Part shown: positions 18,245 through 30,586 of the stretch, piece by piece | Position numbering within the stretch: the stretch's first letter is position 1 | How the letters are laid out: every line of letters begins with the position of its first letter | From: Deltaproteobacteria bacterium | GTDB lineage: Bacteria; Desulfobacterota; Desulfomonilia; UBA1062 | NCBI GenBank assembly: GCA_011372875.1 | Contig: DSAD01000257.1 | Coordinates: 1 to 41,029, forward strand | DNA length: 41,029 bases | Reading direction: 5' to 3' | Notes under the pieces: model-generated | The model's input: the letters and a program-made list of their open reading frames with translations, nothing else | What the model was told of the DNA's origin: nothing | The model's database searches: none | Program-made: the position numbers and the translations under genes

Positions 18245-18669
18245 CCGATCAGATCTCCCCTTCTGTAACGCATGATCTCGCCTAACAAAGTCGTTGTCAC
18301 ATCTCCCACGATCTCTTTAAGCGGATCATCATCCGCGAGAAACGAGCCTGCATCATCGAGCTTCGACCTCATGACATCCAGGTCATTCACCATCGTCCCT
18401 ATTGTCTTGAGTGTGTTGCCCGGATCAAGGAGCGCCTTCGAATAGGTTCCCAGCATATCGATAGCCTGTTCGCTCATGGTAAGAACCTCAACTTTCAGAG
18501 GATTTACATTGTTTATCTGCGGCATGGCTTGAACGGGCGACGCCTCTTTTGTGTCGGCTTTCTGAACATCTCTGAGCATGTCCTCAAACCCTGAGGATAT
18601 GCTGCCGGACTTTGCTTCAGGGGCCTTCGGGACAACAGCACCGATTATCATGTTAGGATCTATCTTCAT
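18241..18669 (-). CDS. hypothetical protein (142 aa), coupled to pilD
   Basis: AGGAGG SD before ATG 18669. ATGA overlap with pilD. F.D.L motif near the N-terminus, RGDL at the C-terminus. Confidence 0.8.
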   Translation of the reverse strand: MKIDPNMIIGAVVPKAPEAKSGSISSGFEDMLRDVQKADTKEASPVQAMPQINNVNPLKVEVLTMSEQAIDMLGTYSKALLDPGNTLKTIGTMVNDLDVMRSKLDDAGSFLADDDPLKEIVGDVTTTLLGEIMRYRRGDLIG

Positions 18670-18692
18670 CTTCTCCTCCTGACAGATATGCA

Positions 18693-18708
18693 AGCAAGTA
18701 TAGTGCCA
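18693..18708 (-). promoter_or_regulatory. sigma54 (-24/-12) promoter
   Basis: TGGCAC-TATAC-TTGCT, an exact consensus match ending 23 nt upstream of ATG 18669. Confidence 0.85.
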
Positions 18709-18749
18709 TGGCTATCCCGCTATTCACCTGGCCGCATTTGCAAACCGCA

Positions 18750-18767
18750 GGGAGGAAATTTCTTCCC
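18750..18767. promoter_or_regulatory. palindrome, candidate enhancer-binding-protein site
   Basis: GGGAGGAAA|TTTCTTCCC, 8 of 9 pairs, about 40 nt upstream of the -24 box. Confidence 0.5.
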
Positions 18768-18791
18768 GTGGCATGGAAAATTCCTCCTTTT

Positions 18792-19724
18792 TCATATATG
18801 AGGAACCATCCGCTCGATTGTTGCAGCCCTGTCTTTTACAATCTTGTCTATATCCTGTCCCAGAAGTTCCCTGACATATTTACGGATCATACGGGAAGTC
18901 TCCTCCACTACCATCTCAGGGTCGTTATGGGCACCGCCTGTGGGTTCTTGTATAAGGCAATCCACTATCCCTTCCTTGTATAGATCTCTCCCGGTGCCTC
19001 TCAAGGTATCTGCTGCAATCTCCTTGTTCGCAGCATCGCCATATATGATCGAGGAGTATCCTTCAGGACTTATGGATGAGTAGAAGGCGTTTTCGAGCAT
19101 TATGATCCTGTCGCCGAAACCGAGCGCCAACGCACCGCCCGAACCTGCCTCGCCTATTATACACACTACAACCGGGGTCCGAAGACATGCAATCACAGAG
19201 ATACACTGCGCAATGGAAAAGGCCTGCCCCTTGTATTCCGCCTCGGGCAAGGGATAGGCCCCAGGGGTGTCTACAAAGGTGATGACAGGCCTTTTGAATT
19301 TTTCCGCCATTCTCAGCAGACGCATAGCCTTGTAATGCCCTGAAGGGCTTGCCATGCCATAATGATGCTTGACATAGTCTTTGTGGTTGCCTGAACGTTT
19401 CATGTGGCCGATGACCATGACAGGGATGTCGTCCAGAAATGCAAAACCGCCTTTTACCGCTGCATCGTCTTCATATATCCTGTCTCCATGGATCTCGAGG
19501 AAATCGGTAAATACGGCTTTGATGTAGTCGTCGAACACGGGCCTTTCGACGTGCCTTGCTAGCTCGACACTGCTCCAGCGTGAGATGCCCGAATAAATTT
19601 CTTCTCTGAACTGTTCGACCTTCCTTGTGATCTCTTCAGTGTCTACCTCTTCCAGCCGGGAGATACTCTTCTGAAGCTCTTTGAGGGCACTGTCTATTTC
19701 ATCGAATCTGTCATCTCTCTTCAT
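18792..19724 (-). CDS. accA: acetyl-CoA carboxylase carboxyltransferase alpha subunit
   Basis: LARH..RP, EIHGDR, FVDTPGAYP, IIGEAGSGGALA, YSSISPEG, EP.GGAH. Confidence 0.93.
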   Translation of the reverse strand: MKRDDRFDEIDSALKELQKSISRLEEVDTEEITRKVEQFREEIYSGISRWSSVELARHVERPVFDDYIKAVFTDFLEIHGDRIYEDDAAVKGGFAFLDDIPVMVIGHMKRSGNHKDYVKHHYGMASPSGHYKAMRLLRMAEKFKRPVITFVDTPGAYPLPEAEYKGQAFSIAQCISVIACLRTPVVVCIIGEAGSGGALALGFGDRIIMLENAFYSSISPEGYSSIIYGDAANKEIAADTLRGTGRDLYKEGIVDCLIQEPTGGAHNDPEMVVEETSRMIRKYVRELLGQDIDKIVKDRAATIERMVPHI

Positions 19725-22700
19725 TGCAGTTCTACTCCGGCGTTCCCGACAAGAGAAGCGATCCTGGCCAGAAAATCTCTGGACGGCCTTACCAGATATT
19801 CCTTTCCCGCATCAATATTCACAACCAGTTCTTCGGTCTGTATCTCAAAGGTTATCCGGCAGGCCCCTTTCGAGTCCAGGACGGCATCTTTGAGCAACCT
19901 GATCTCATCAGGCTCCATCTTCACCGGCAGCCTAAGCAGTAGCCTTTTCGCCAGTATGGCTTCTGCATTGTCGAGGGGATGGATCTCCTCGGCAAAGAGT
20001 TCCACCTGCTCGGCTTCGATCTCTGCGTTCTTATCATCCGCATTCATTCCCACTCTGGCCTTTACAATAATGGGGATTTCATCTGTTATAAGATCCTGAT
20101 ACTCGCTGAAGAACTGCGGGAAAAAGATTATCGGGACAGACCCCTCAAGATCCTCAAGAACGGCTCGCGCCATAGCTGCACCCCTTTTCGTCCTGGTCAC
20201 GTTCAGATTATTGAGCACCCCTGCAATGATTACAATACCATGATTGTCTGCCAGGGTCTGCGTTGTGGCGGTGGAATACTTTTCAATAACAGATTCATAC
20301 TTCTTGAGAGGATGTCCGGAGATGTAGAAACCCACTCCATCCTTCTCCATCTTCAGCTTCTCTTCTTCCGACCAGTCCGGGATATCCGGCATTTCCATCT
20401 TGTCGTGGGCATTGTCCTGCGAAAACTCATCGAGGCTGAACAGGGTCTCCTGACCTGTAAGCTTGTCCTTTGCCTTTCTCTGCGCATCTTCCAGGAGTAC
20501 GTCCAGCACCTCAAAGAGCGCCCTTCTGTTCGGGTAGAGGCTGTCAAACGCACCTACTTTTATGAGCGATTCCACTACCCGCCTGTTCACCTTAGACAGG
20601 GCCAGGCGCTGCAGGAAAGATCCGAGATCAGTGAAAGGCCCGTTCTTGCTCCTTTCGGCAATGATCACTTCCACTGCTGCCCTGCCGACATTCTTTATGG
20701 CTGCAAGCCCGAACCGTATGCCTTCATCAGATGAGACAAACTCCCAGCTGCTCTCGTTGATATCAGGGGAAAGTATCGCCACCCCTTTGGACTTGCACTC
20801 TGCAATATGTTTGGTAACCTTATCGGTCTGGCTCAGATCAAGGGTGAAATTCGCAGCCATGAAGGCCTTGAAATAATGCGCCTTCAGAAATGCCGTCTGG
20901 TAGGCAACAAGGGCATATGCCGCGGCGTGGGACTTGTTGAACCCGTATTCGGCAAATTTCTCCATAAGGTCGAAGATCTCCGCAGCAGTCTGCCGGGTGA
21001 CACTGTTTTTTATCGCACCTTCAACAAAGGTCTCCCGGTGCTTCGCCATCTCTTCGGCTTTCTTCTTGCCCATGGCCCGTCTCAAAAGATCGGCCTTGCC
21101 GAGGGAATATCCACCCAGCTTCTGGGCTATCTGCATTACCTGCTCCTGATAAACGATAATCCCGTAGGTCTCGTTAAGAAGATCTTCAAGCAGTTCATGC
21201 GGGTAGTCTATCTTCTCCCTGCCGTGCCTGCGTTCCACATACGATGGTATGAGACTCATGGGACCAGGACGGTAAAGGGCGACAGCGGCGATGATGTCCT
21301 CGAATTTCTCCGGCCGAAGCGAGCGAAGCATCTGCTTCATACCTGAACTCTCCAGCTGAAAAACGCTCGATGTGTCCCCGTCGCTGATGAGGTGATAGGT
21401 GAGTTCATCATCCAGAGGGATATTCGTGATGTCCAGCGCTATTCCCTGGGAGGAAAGTATATCAAGGGCCTTCTGAATGACAGTAAGTGTTTTCAACCCC
21501 AGCATATCAAGCTTGATCAGGCCGACCCTTTCGACCCGTAACATGTCGTACTGGCTGATGAGCATGCCTTTTTTATCCATATACACAGGTATATGATCCA
21601 CCAGAGGCCTGTTATCCGATATCACTACTCCGCCTGCATGGACTGATGCATGGCGGCTCAGGCCTTCAAGGGCCCTGGCGATATCGATGAGCCTTGCCAC
21701 CATTACATCCTTGTCTATCAGTTCCTTGAGTTTCGGCTCCACACTGATAGCCTCTTTCAGCGTCATCTTCGGATCATTGGGGATGAGCTTTGCGATCCTG
21801 TCCACATCACCATAGCTCATTCCCAGAACCCTTCCCACATCGCGGATAACCGCCTTTGCCTTCATATTTCCGAATGTGGTGATCTGGCATACGTTTTCAG
21901 GCCCGTATTTATTCTTTACATATTCGATGACTTCATCACGCCTGCTCTGGCAGAAATCCACATCGATATCCGGCATGCTCCTGCGTTCCGGATTCAGAAA
22001 ACGCTCAAAGAGGAGATTCCAGCGGATGGGATCGATATCCGTGATACCAAGGGCATATGCCACAAGAGAACCTGCAGCACTCCCACGCCCGGGGCCCACG
22101 GGAATATTGTTTTGTTTGGCGTACTGGATATAATCCGAGACGATCAGGAAATACCCGGAAAAACCCATGGATATGATGATCTGAAGTTCTTCCTTGAGCC
22201 GCTCGGCATACTCATCCCGTATCTTCTCGCCCATTCTCAGACTGAGCCCTGCCCAGGATCTTTCTTCGATGACGTCTTCAAGGGTTTTCTCCTTGTCGAT
22301 GGGGTATACCGGAAAGTAATAAACGCCTTTAGGCAGTTCAAGGTTGCATCGGCTCGCCACCTCTTGTGTTGCCTTAAGCGCATCCGGGGCCCAGGCAAAC
22401 TGCTCGGCCATCTCTTCGGGGCTCTTCAGGTAGAGCTGATCCGTCTCGAAGGTCATACGATCTTTGTCATGAATCATGCTCTGCGTCTGTATACAAAGAA
22501 GTGCCTCGTGGGCCTTTGCATCCTCCTTGCGCAGATAATGGCAGTCATTTGTCGCAACAAGAGGCAGATCGTATCTTTTCGACAGATCGACGAGCAGGGT
22601 ATTTACCCTGTTCTGGTCTTCGATTCCGTTATTCTGAAGCTCCAGGTAGAATCTCCCGTCAAAGGTTGCACGGTAAAATTCCATGGCATTGAGCGCATTC

Positions 22701-23158
22701 GATTCATTGCCGCGAAGAAGCCAGTAGGGGATTTCACCCTGCAGACAGGCGCTCATGGCAACGAGCCCTTCGCTGTACTGGGCAAGAAGATTCCTGTCTA
22801 CCCTCGGTTTGTAGTAAAAACCCTTTATATGGGCGGCGGAGACAAGCTTTATCAGATTCTTATAGCCCAGCTCATTCTGAGCGAGCACAACGAGATGATA
22901 GTTCTTCGGCAGTCCGGCAACAGGCTCCTTTATTGTCATATCTTTCGGAGCTACATATAATTCGCACCCTATTATCGGCTTTATACCTGCATCTAGAGCC
23001 TTATCATAAAATTCCACGGCACCGTAAAGGACACCATGGTCTGTTATAACCGCTGAATCCAGACCAAAGGCCTTGGAGGTACTGATGAGATCGGCGATCT
23101 TGATAGCTCCGTCCAGAAGACTGTATTGAGTGTGACAGTGCAGGTGCGTAAAAGACAT
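19721..23158 (-). CDS. dnaE: DNA polymerase III alpha subunit
   Basis: HLHCHTQYSLLDGA, GPGRGSAAGS, FERFLNPER.SMPDIDVDF, FAEYGFNKSH. No intein-sized insertion. Confidence 0.98.
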   Translation of the reverse strand: MSFTHLHCHTQYSLLDGAIKIADLISTSKAFGLDSAVITDHGVLYGAVEFYDKALDAGIKPIIGCELYVAPKDMTIKEPVAGLPKNYHLVVLAQNELGYKNLIKLVSAAHIKGFYYKPRVDRNLLAQYSEGLVAMSACLQGEIPYWLLRGNESNALNAMEFYRATFDGRFYLELQNNGIEDQNRVNTLLVDLSKRYDLPLVATNDCHYLRKEDAKAHEALLCIQTQSMIHDKDRMTFETDQLYLKSPEEMAEQFAWAPDALKATQEVASRCNLELPKGVYYFPVYPIDKEKTLEDVIEERSWAGLSLRMGEKIRDEYAERLKEELQIIISMGFSGYFLIVSDYIQYAKQNNIPVGPGRGSAAGSLVAYALGITDIDPIRWNLLFERFLNPERRSMPDIDVDFCQSRRDEVIEYVKNKYGPENVCQITTFGNMKAKAVIRDVGRVLGMSYGDVDRIAKLIPNDPKMTLKEAISVEPKLKELIDKDVMVARLIDIARALEGLSRHASVHAGGVVISDNRPLVDHIPVYMDKKGMLISQYDMLRVERVGLIKLDMLGLKTLTVIQKALDILSSQGIALDITNIPLDDELTYHLISDGDTSSVFQLESSGMKQMLRSLRPEKFEDIIAAVALYRPGPMSLIPSYVERRHGREKIDYPHELLEDLLNETYGIIVYQEQVMQIAQKLGGYSLGKADLLRRAMGKKKAEEMAKHRETFVEGAIKNSVTRQTAAEIFDLMEKFAEYGFNKSHAAAYALVAYQTAFLKAHYFKAFMAANFTLDLSQTDKVTKHIAECKSKGVAILSPDINESSWEFVSSDEGIRFGLAAIKNVGRAAVEVIIAERSKNGPFTDLGSFLQRLALSKVNRRVVESLIKVGAFDSLYPNRRALFEVLDVLLEDAQRKAKDKLTGQETLFSLDEFSQDNAHDKMEMPDIPDWSEEEKLKMEKDGVGFYISGHPLKKYESVIEKYSTATTQTLADNHGIVIIAGVLNNLNVTRTKRGAAMARAVLEDLEGSVPIIFFPQFFSEYQDLITDEIPIIVKARVGMNADDKNAEIEAEQVELFAEEIHPLDNAEAILAKRLLLRLPVKMEPDEIRLLKDAVLDSKGACRITFEIQTEELVVNIDAGKEYLVRPSRDFLARIASLVGNAGVELQ

Positions 23159-23166
23159 TGTCTGCC

Positions 23167-25511
<2,345 letters not shown>

Positions 25512-25545
25512 AGCCAATTGTGGTAAAGGTTAATGTTCGCCTGCA

Positions 25546-26514
25546 TCAATGATTATATAACCATACATATATAAGCAAGTATAAAACAAGAACACCTATG
25601 CTGTCCATCCGGAACGGGGCTTTTCTCTTTGCCCTTACCAGAGTGCCGGCAAGGAAAATCCCGGACATGAGAATACCCGCACCCAGTGTCACTGTCTGGG
25701 CAGGTGTGACTGCAGCATACACGCTCTTGGCATACATGAGATCCGCAAATGCTATTATGGTAAGGTTCATAAGGTTTGAGCCGAAGATATTTCCGGTCGC
25801 CATAGAGATATTGCCAAGACCGAGAAGCCTCATGGTAACCACCAATTCAGGCAGAGAAGTCGCTGCGGCCATGAAAAGAGAGCCTACAAAGGTCGATGTC
25901 AGGTACGTATTCCGGGCAATATCATCGCACGCGTCAGCAAGAAGGACTCCTGCACCCACAACCAGCACCCCTGAAACGCAGATCAAGATAATATTTACCT
26001 TGAGACTCCTGCCCGGCTTTCTTTCATGGACAGCCTGAAGATCCTGTTCTTCGAACCCCTGCCTGGAGTATATCCACATCCCGAGCAGATAAAATGCAAG
26101 TATGAATATATCACCCCATAACGCACAGGATTTCTGTGAAAATGAACACATGCCAATGAGCATTACAAGAAATGCGCTCAGGCTTATGCTCAGGTATGCG
26201 GAAAAATTCGACCGCCATTTCCATCCGTTCCCAGCCACCCTGGAGCCAAACAGGACAATGGCAAGAGACAAGATGGCGATATTGAAAAGATTGGAGCCGA
26301 AGATATTTCCAACCCCGAGATCGGGGTTGGATTTATATGCAACGGCTGAGATTGTACCGATAAGCTCGGGCAGGGATGTTATAATGCCCAGAATCAGGGC
26401 ACCGATAAAGCCTTTGCTCAATCCGGTAATATCTGCGGTCTCATCTGCCAGATCACTGAGATATCTTCCTGCAAAGAAAATAACCAGCGAAGCTAGAACA
26501 AAACGAAACCACAT
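25546..26514 (-). CDS. sodium:calcium antiporter (CaCA/YrbG-like)
   Basis: Duplicated alpha repeats TSLPEL and GNIFGSN. About 10 TM segments. Confidence 0.92.
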   Translation of the reverse strand: MWFRFVLASLVIFFAGRYLSDLADETADITGLSKGFIGALILGIITSLPELIGTISAVAYKSNPDLGVGNIFGSNLFNIAILSLAIVLFGSRVAGNGWKWRSNFSAYLSISLSAFLVMLIGMCSFSQKSCALWGDIFILAFYLLGMWIYSRQGFEEQDLQAVHERKPGRSLKVNIILICVSGVLVVGAGVLLADACDDIARNTYLTSTFVGSLFMAAATSLPELVVTMRLLGLGNISMATGNIFGSNLMNLTIIAFADLMYAKSVYAAVTPAQTVTLGAGILMSGIFLAGTLVRAKRKAPFRMDSIGVLVLYLLIYVWLYNH

Positions 26515-26523
26515 GTACCCGGA

Positions 26524-28314
26524 CTATCTCTTCAACTTGTTGTCTTGCAACTCTTTGAGAAGATCTCCGAGATTGGTTCCGACCTTTTCCGATCCCTTCT
26601 CCGGGGTCACAGCAGGCTTATTGTCTCTGGATTCCTCCATGGACTTTATTGAAAGACCGATCTTTTTATTCTCAGGGCTGATACGAAGGACCATGGCCTC
26701 CACTTCCTGGCCCACGGAAAGGACCTCGGCCAGAGAGTCTATCTTATCGCTGCTTACCTCAGAGATGTGAATCATGCCCTCGACACCCTGTCTTATCTCT
26801 ACAAACGCCCCGAAATCCGTCAGGGATGTCACCTTGCCATGAATAATGCTCCCAACCGGATGCTCGTTGGCAACCTGGGTCCATGGATCGGGACTGAGAT
26901 GCTTTACACCGAGAGAAAACTTCTCGCTGTCCGGGTCAATGGTGAGTACCTTTGCCTCAATCACATCACCCTTTTTATAGGTATCACGAGGATTCTTAAC
27001 CTTGGGATCCCAGGAAAGATCCGAGACATGAACAAGGCCATCAACATCGATATTCTCATCTACGCTGACGAACAGACCGAAGTCGGTAACGTTCTTTACA
27101 GTTGCATTCACAACCGTACCCTGCGGATAATATTCCTCTATGAGCTCCCAGGGATTGGGGGACGTCTGTTTGAGTCCCAGGGATATCCTTCTGTTGTTCT
27201 GGTCTACCCCCAGAACGACAACTTCCACCTCCTGTCCTTCTTCCAATATGGAGGAGGGATGCCTCACCCTTTTGGTCCAGAACATCTCGGAGATATGCAC
27301 AAGGCCTTCAACCCCTTCTTCCAATTCTACAAAGGCGCCATAGTTCGTGATGGAAGTAATCTTGCCCGAGATCTTCTTGCCGATGGGATAACGGTATTCC
27401 AGACCTTCCCAGGGATCGGGGATCAGTTGTTTCATTCCCAGCGATATCTTCTCGGTGGCCGGATCGAAATCGAGAACCTTTACTCTTATTTCCTGGTCTG
27501 TCGAGACCTTGTCCTTCGGATCTTTGAGCTTTCCCCACGACATGTCGGTAATGTGCAACAGACCGTCTATGCCGCCGATATCCACAAAAGCCCCGTAGGC
27601 CATGATATTCTTGACCTTGCCCGTAATTACATCATCCTTGGCAAGAGTTTCCAGTATCTTCTTTTTGTCTTCATCCTTCTGGCGTTCCAGGACCTCGCGA
27701 TGACTTACCACAACATTATTCTTTTTCCGGTTGAACTTGATGATGGAAACATCGATAACATCGCCGATCATCTTTTCCAGTTCATTCTCTGATACCGGGC
27801 TCAGTGTTGCCTGAGAACTCGGCAGAAAGGCCGGAATACCGATATCAACGGTGAGACCACCCTTTATCCTTTCAACAACTTTCCCGGGCAGGTAGCTACT
27901 ATCCTGATATGCTTTGAATATATCGTCCCAGATCTTGATGCGACGAGCTTTTTCCTTGCTTAATCTGATAATTCCCTTGGCAGGGTTGATGCTTTCGACA
28001 AGCACCTCCACCTCATCTCCGACAGATATACCGATAACGCCGTTATGATCGATAAATTCTCGAATGGGTGCCTGACCCTCATTCTTTCTTCCGATATCGA
28101 TCATGATGTGTTCCGCGCCTATCTGAACTACTGTTCCTGTCACCAATGAACCCGAGGTGACCCGCTTGTCCAGAGTCTCTTCGTACAAGGCTTCAAGATC
28201 CTTGTCCGAACCGGCCATTTCGATTTCCATCTCGTTTTGATCCTGCTGAGAATTTTCCTCCGTGCTTGTGTTTTCCTTTTCTTGATCAGTTTTGGTTTCT
28301 TCTGTACTGAACAT
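26524..28314 (-). CDS. rpsA: 30S ribosomal protein S1
   Basis: Repeated S1 domains (YGAFVDIGGIDGLLHITDMSW, GAFVELEEGVEGLVHISEM). Confidence 0.98.
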   Translation of the reverse strand: MFSTEETKTDQEKENTSTEENSQQDQNEMEIEMAGSDKDLEALYEETLDKRVTSGSLVTGTVVQIGAEHIMIDIGRKNEGQAPIREFIDHNGVIGISVGDEVEVLVESINPAKGIIRLSKEKARRIKIWDDIFKAYQDSSYLPGKVVERIKGGLTVDIGIPAFLPSSQATLSPVSENELEKMIGDVIDVSIIKFNRKKNNVVVSHREVLERQKDEDKKKILETLAKDDVITGKVKNIMAYGAFVDIGGIDGLLHITDMSWGKLKDPKDKVSTDQEIRVKVLDFDPATEKISLGMKQLIPDPWEGLEYRYPIGKKISGKITSITNYGAFVELEEGVEGLVHISEMFWTKRVRHPSSILEEGQEVEVVVLGVDQNNRRISLGLKQTSPNPWELIEEYYPQGTVVNATVKNVTDFGLFVSVDENIDVDGLVHVSDLSWDPKVKNPRDTYKKGDVIEAKVLTIDPDSEKFSLGVKHLSPDPWTQVANEHPVGSIIHGKVTSLTDFGAFVEIRQGVEGMIHISEVSSDKIDSLAEVLSVGQEVEAMVLRISPENKKIGLSIKSMEESRDNKPAVTPEKGSEKVGTNLGDLLKELQDNKLKR

Positions 28315-28509
28315 TTTACAAACCCCCTATCCGTCGTTCCTTATTCCTCAATAAGTTGGGAACCTATACAATATAGATGCCAAAAATACAAGACTTTAAT
28401 AAGGCACGGCAAACCGGTTTAATTTCCATAACATATACTAACAATGACTGGGGGGGGTCTAACCTATGTTCCCACATAAACCCAATCAGGAGCAACGTGA
28501 TTTCAAAGA

Positions 28510-28935
28510 TTAATCAAGAGGGTTCTTTTTGGTCTTCATTGCTGAGGGATCCTTTAACGCCTTGTCTAGATCATTGAAGATGCGGGCCTTGTCCGTGCTC
28601 TTGCCAAGTGATTTCTCGATCTCCTTCATCCGGTTTTGCTGCCTGTTTTGAAACTGCGAGATCTCATCCTTTATCCGGGAGTCATCTTCCACCTTCGGCA
28701 GATCTTCAATCCTCATGTGGTCTGCAATACTGTACCGAATCTCGGCACCTGTTTTGATGACGCTGATTATGAATCTTTCTTCAAGTTTCCTCGACAGCAG
28801 GGACAGCTCCTCTTCCGAAATCTTCAGAAGAGAAGAAAGCCCACCAAGGGTCGGCGGCCTTCCATACAGATGCTCACAAACCCGAATACCGCAGACGAAT
28901 ACATGAGCCTGAGAGTAGAGATCCTTTACCTTCAT
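28510..28935 (-). CDS. hypothetical protein, possible winged-helix N-terminus and charged helical C-terminus
   Basis: 141-aa ORF: PPT...LS.LL.IS.EEL....RKLE...II..IK, ending KKNPLD. Confidence 0.7.
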   Translation of the reverse strand: MKVKDLYSQAHVFVCGIRVCEHLYGRPPTLGGLSSLLKISEEELSLLSRKLEERFIISVIKTGAEIRYSIADHMRIEDLPKVEDDSRIKDEISQFQNRQQNRMKEIEKSLGKSTDKARIFNDLDKALKDPSAMKTKKNPLD

Positions 28936-28941
28936 GGAATA

Positions 28942-28970
28942 AATCTATCTCAAAGGATGAGAATATGCAA
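28942..28970 (-). promoter_or_regulatory. sigma70-type promoter, leaderless geometry
   Basis: TTGCAT-17-TAGATT, 6 nt, then ATG. Confidence 0.6.
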
Positions 28971-29041
28971 TAATGATTCAAGAATAGGCTTGACATCTCC
29001 GATATAACAAAACAAATAATGCCTTGATAGGAGGGCCTGGT

Positions 29042-30031
29042 TTGAAAAAGACATTCTGCGCTTTCATCGGTCTTTTTTTACTTGTCTGTGCATATACCCC
29101 GTTGATGGCTGATGACACTGTCCATATCGTCAGAAAAGGCGACACACTCTGGGACATTTCATCTCAATATCTTGAAACACCGTGGAAATGGCCACTCGTC
29201 TGGGCAAACAACGAAGACATCACCAATCCACATCTGATTTATCCCAATGACAGGGTCATCATCTCAAAACAGGGTGAGAAGGTCATCATTACCGTTGTTC
29301 GTACTCAGGAGGAAACTGAACCTGCTCAGGCCCCGGAGACCTACACCCCCGAAGAGATCGCACAGGAAGAAGAGAAATCCATCGTCATATCACCCAAATT
29401 CTCCACGTTCATTTACAGCCCCAACATCCTGACAGGCTCCGGGTCGGTTATCAAAAAACACGGCCTGGGAGACATGGCAACCAGAAACGAGATGATCCTG
29501 ATCAAATCATTATCAGGGTTGTCTCCCAACAGCGGCATAACCATCGTATCGAAGGTCTCGGATGTCAAGAATGACAATAAGATTATCGGTTATCTGTATA
29601 AGGCTGTCGCCATAGCCAAGGTGGAAGATTTCACCAGAAATATTGCAAAAGCCACCATTACCTATTCGAGCCAGGAAATCAAGCCCGGCGATATCGTGTT
29701 TGACGATCTGCGACCCATAGAGCCCATGACTGTAAAGATCTCTGAACCTTCCATGAACAATATCGGTCATATCATCGACTTTTATGGAGGAATCAGCAGC
29801 AGCAGCGACCTGGACATCTCATTTGCAGATGTGGGCAGAAACAGCGGGATTGAAGAGGGTACCCTGTTGTCGATCTACGAAGAGACCACCATAGATGGAG
29901 AAGACGCGGTATTCCGTGATTATCGGGGCATGATCCTTGTATTGCAGTCGCTGGACACCTCGTGCATGGGACTTATCATCGAGTCAAATGCCCAGATAAG
30001 AAGGGGCTTCCTTGTAATAGGTGCTTGGTAG
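29042..30031 (+). CDS. exported LysM peptidoglycan-binding protein
   Basis: Signal peptide, then HIVRKGDTLWDIS...W.W..VW..N..I.NPHLIYP. GGAGG before TTG 29042. Confidence 0.9.
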   Translation: MKKTFCAFIGLFLLVCAYTPLMADDTVHIVRKGDTLWDISSQYLETPWKWPLVWANNEDITNPHLIYPNDRVIISKQGEKVIITVVRTQEETEPAQAPETYTPEEIAQEEEKSIVISPKFSTFIYSPNILTGSGSVIKKHGLGDMATRNEMILIKSLSGLSPNSGITIVSKVSDVKNDNKIIGYLYKAVAIAKVEDFTRNIAKATITYSSQEIKPGDIVFDDLRPIEPMTVKISEPSMNNIGHIIDFYGGISSSSDLDISFADVGRNSGIEEGTLLSIYEETTIDGEDAVFRDYRGMILVLQSLDTSCMGLIIESNAQIRRGFLVIGAW

Positions 30032-30088
30032 GCCTGAAAGGATCAATGATCAAGAAACACTACAATTAGAAACCGTCAGGGGGGATGC

Positions 30089-30400
30089 TTACAGGGCGAC
30101 CCCCTGGAATGACAACAATATATTCAGCCCCTTTTCATCCGCCCTGGTAAAGCTTACCGCAATACCGCAATCCGTTTTTCTTATAACCCTGCCTTGAGCC
30201 CAGATGATCTTCCCGAACTCTTCGGCATCAAGGCTTGCAATGATATAACCTGTGAGATCCTGCAGCGGGGTATCGGTACTGATATACATACCGCCCTTGC
30301 TTATATTGTTCACCCGGCCCATCTTATAGGCATATCCATCATCCCTGAAGGCAACCTTCATATCTACCCTTGCCCGCTTATGCAATCTTTGCTCTTCCAT
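30089..30400 (-). CDS. single-domain PilZ protein (c-di-GMP receptor)
   Basis: RLHKR (RxxxR) and NISKGG (D/NxSxxG). Confidence 0.88.
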   Translation of the reverse strand: MEEQRLHKRARVDMKVAFRDDGYAYKMGRVNNISKGGMYISTDTPLQDLTGYIIASLDAEEFGKIIWAQGRVIRKTDCGIAVSFTRADEKGLNILLSFQGVAL

Positions 30401-30550
30401 GACCCAGAACACCTCCCGCCTGCATGAAAAATCTGCTGCAACTTCCCGTCAAAGAGATTATATTCCAATGCCTACTATAGTATACAGGAATATCAAGGAT
30501 CACTTCAAGCATATAAAAAATTGGTTTCATCAATTGGCAAGAACACCACG

Positions 30551-30579
30551 TTGACACCTAAAGTTCAATACGTTATAGA
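30551..30579 (+). promoter_or_regulatory. sigma70-type promoter of hpt, leaderless geometry
   Basis: TTGACA-17-TATAGA, 7 nt, then ATG. No SD. Confidence 0.6.
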
Positions 30580-30586
30580 TTGATTT

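Noticed and set aside
18769-18784. plus-strand sigma54 box TGGCATGGAAAATTCC
   Set aside because: Lacks the -12 GC and points into the 3' end of accA.
21650-22960. 436-aa antisense ORF in dnaE (also 26767-27792 in rpsA, 16199-17026, 7818-8501, 3626-4387)
   Set aside because: These are shadow frames of conserved genes, with no motifs or translation signals.
28402-28430. c-di-GMP-I riboswitch at GGCACGGCAAACC
   Set aside because: No GNRA-capped P1 or downstream GCAAAG/P2 elements.
28450-28457. G8 tract as a phase-variation site
   Set aside because: Intergenic and not within an identifiable promoter spacer or ORF.
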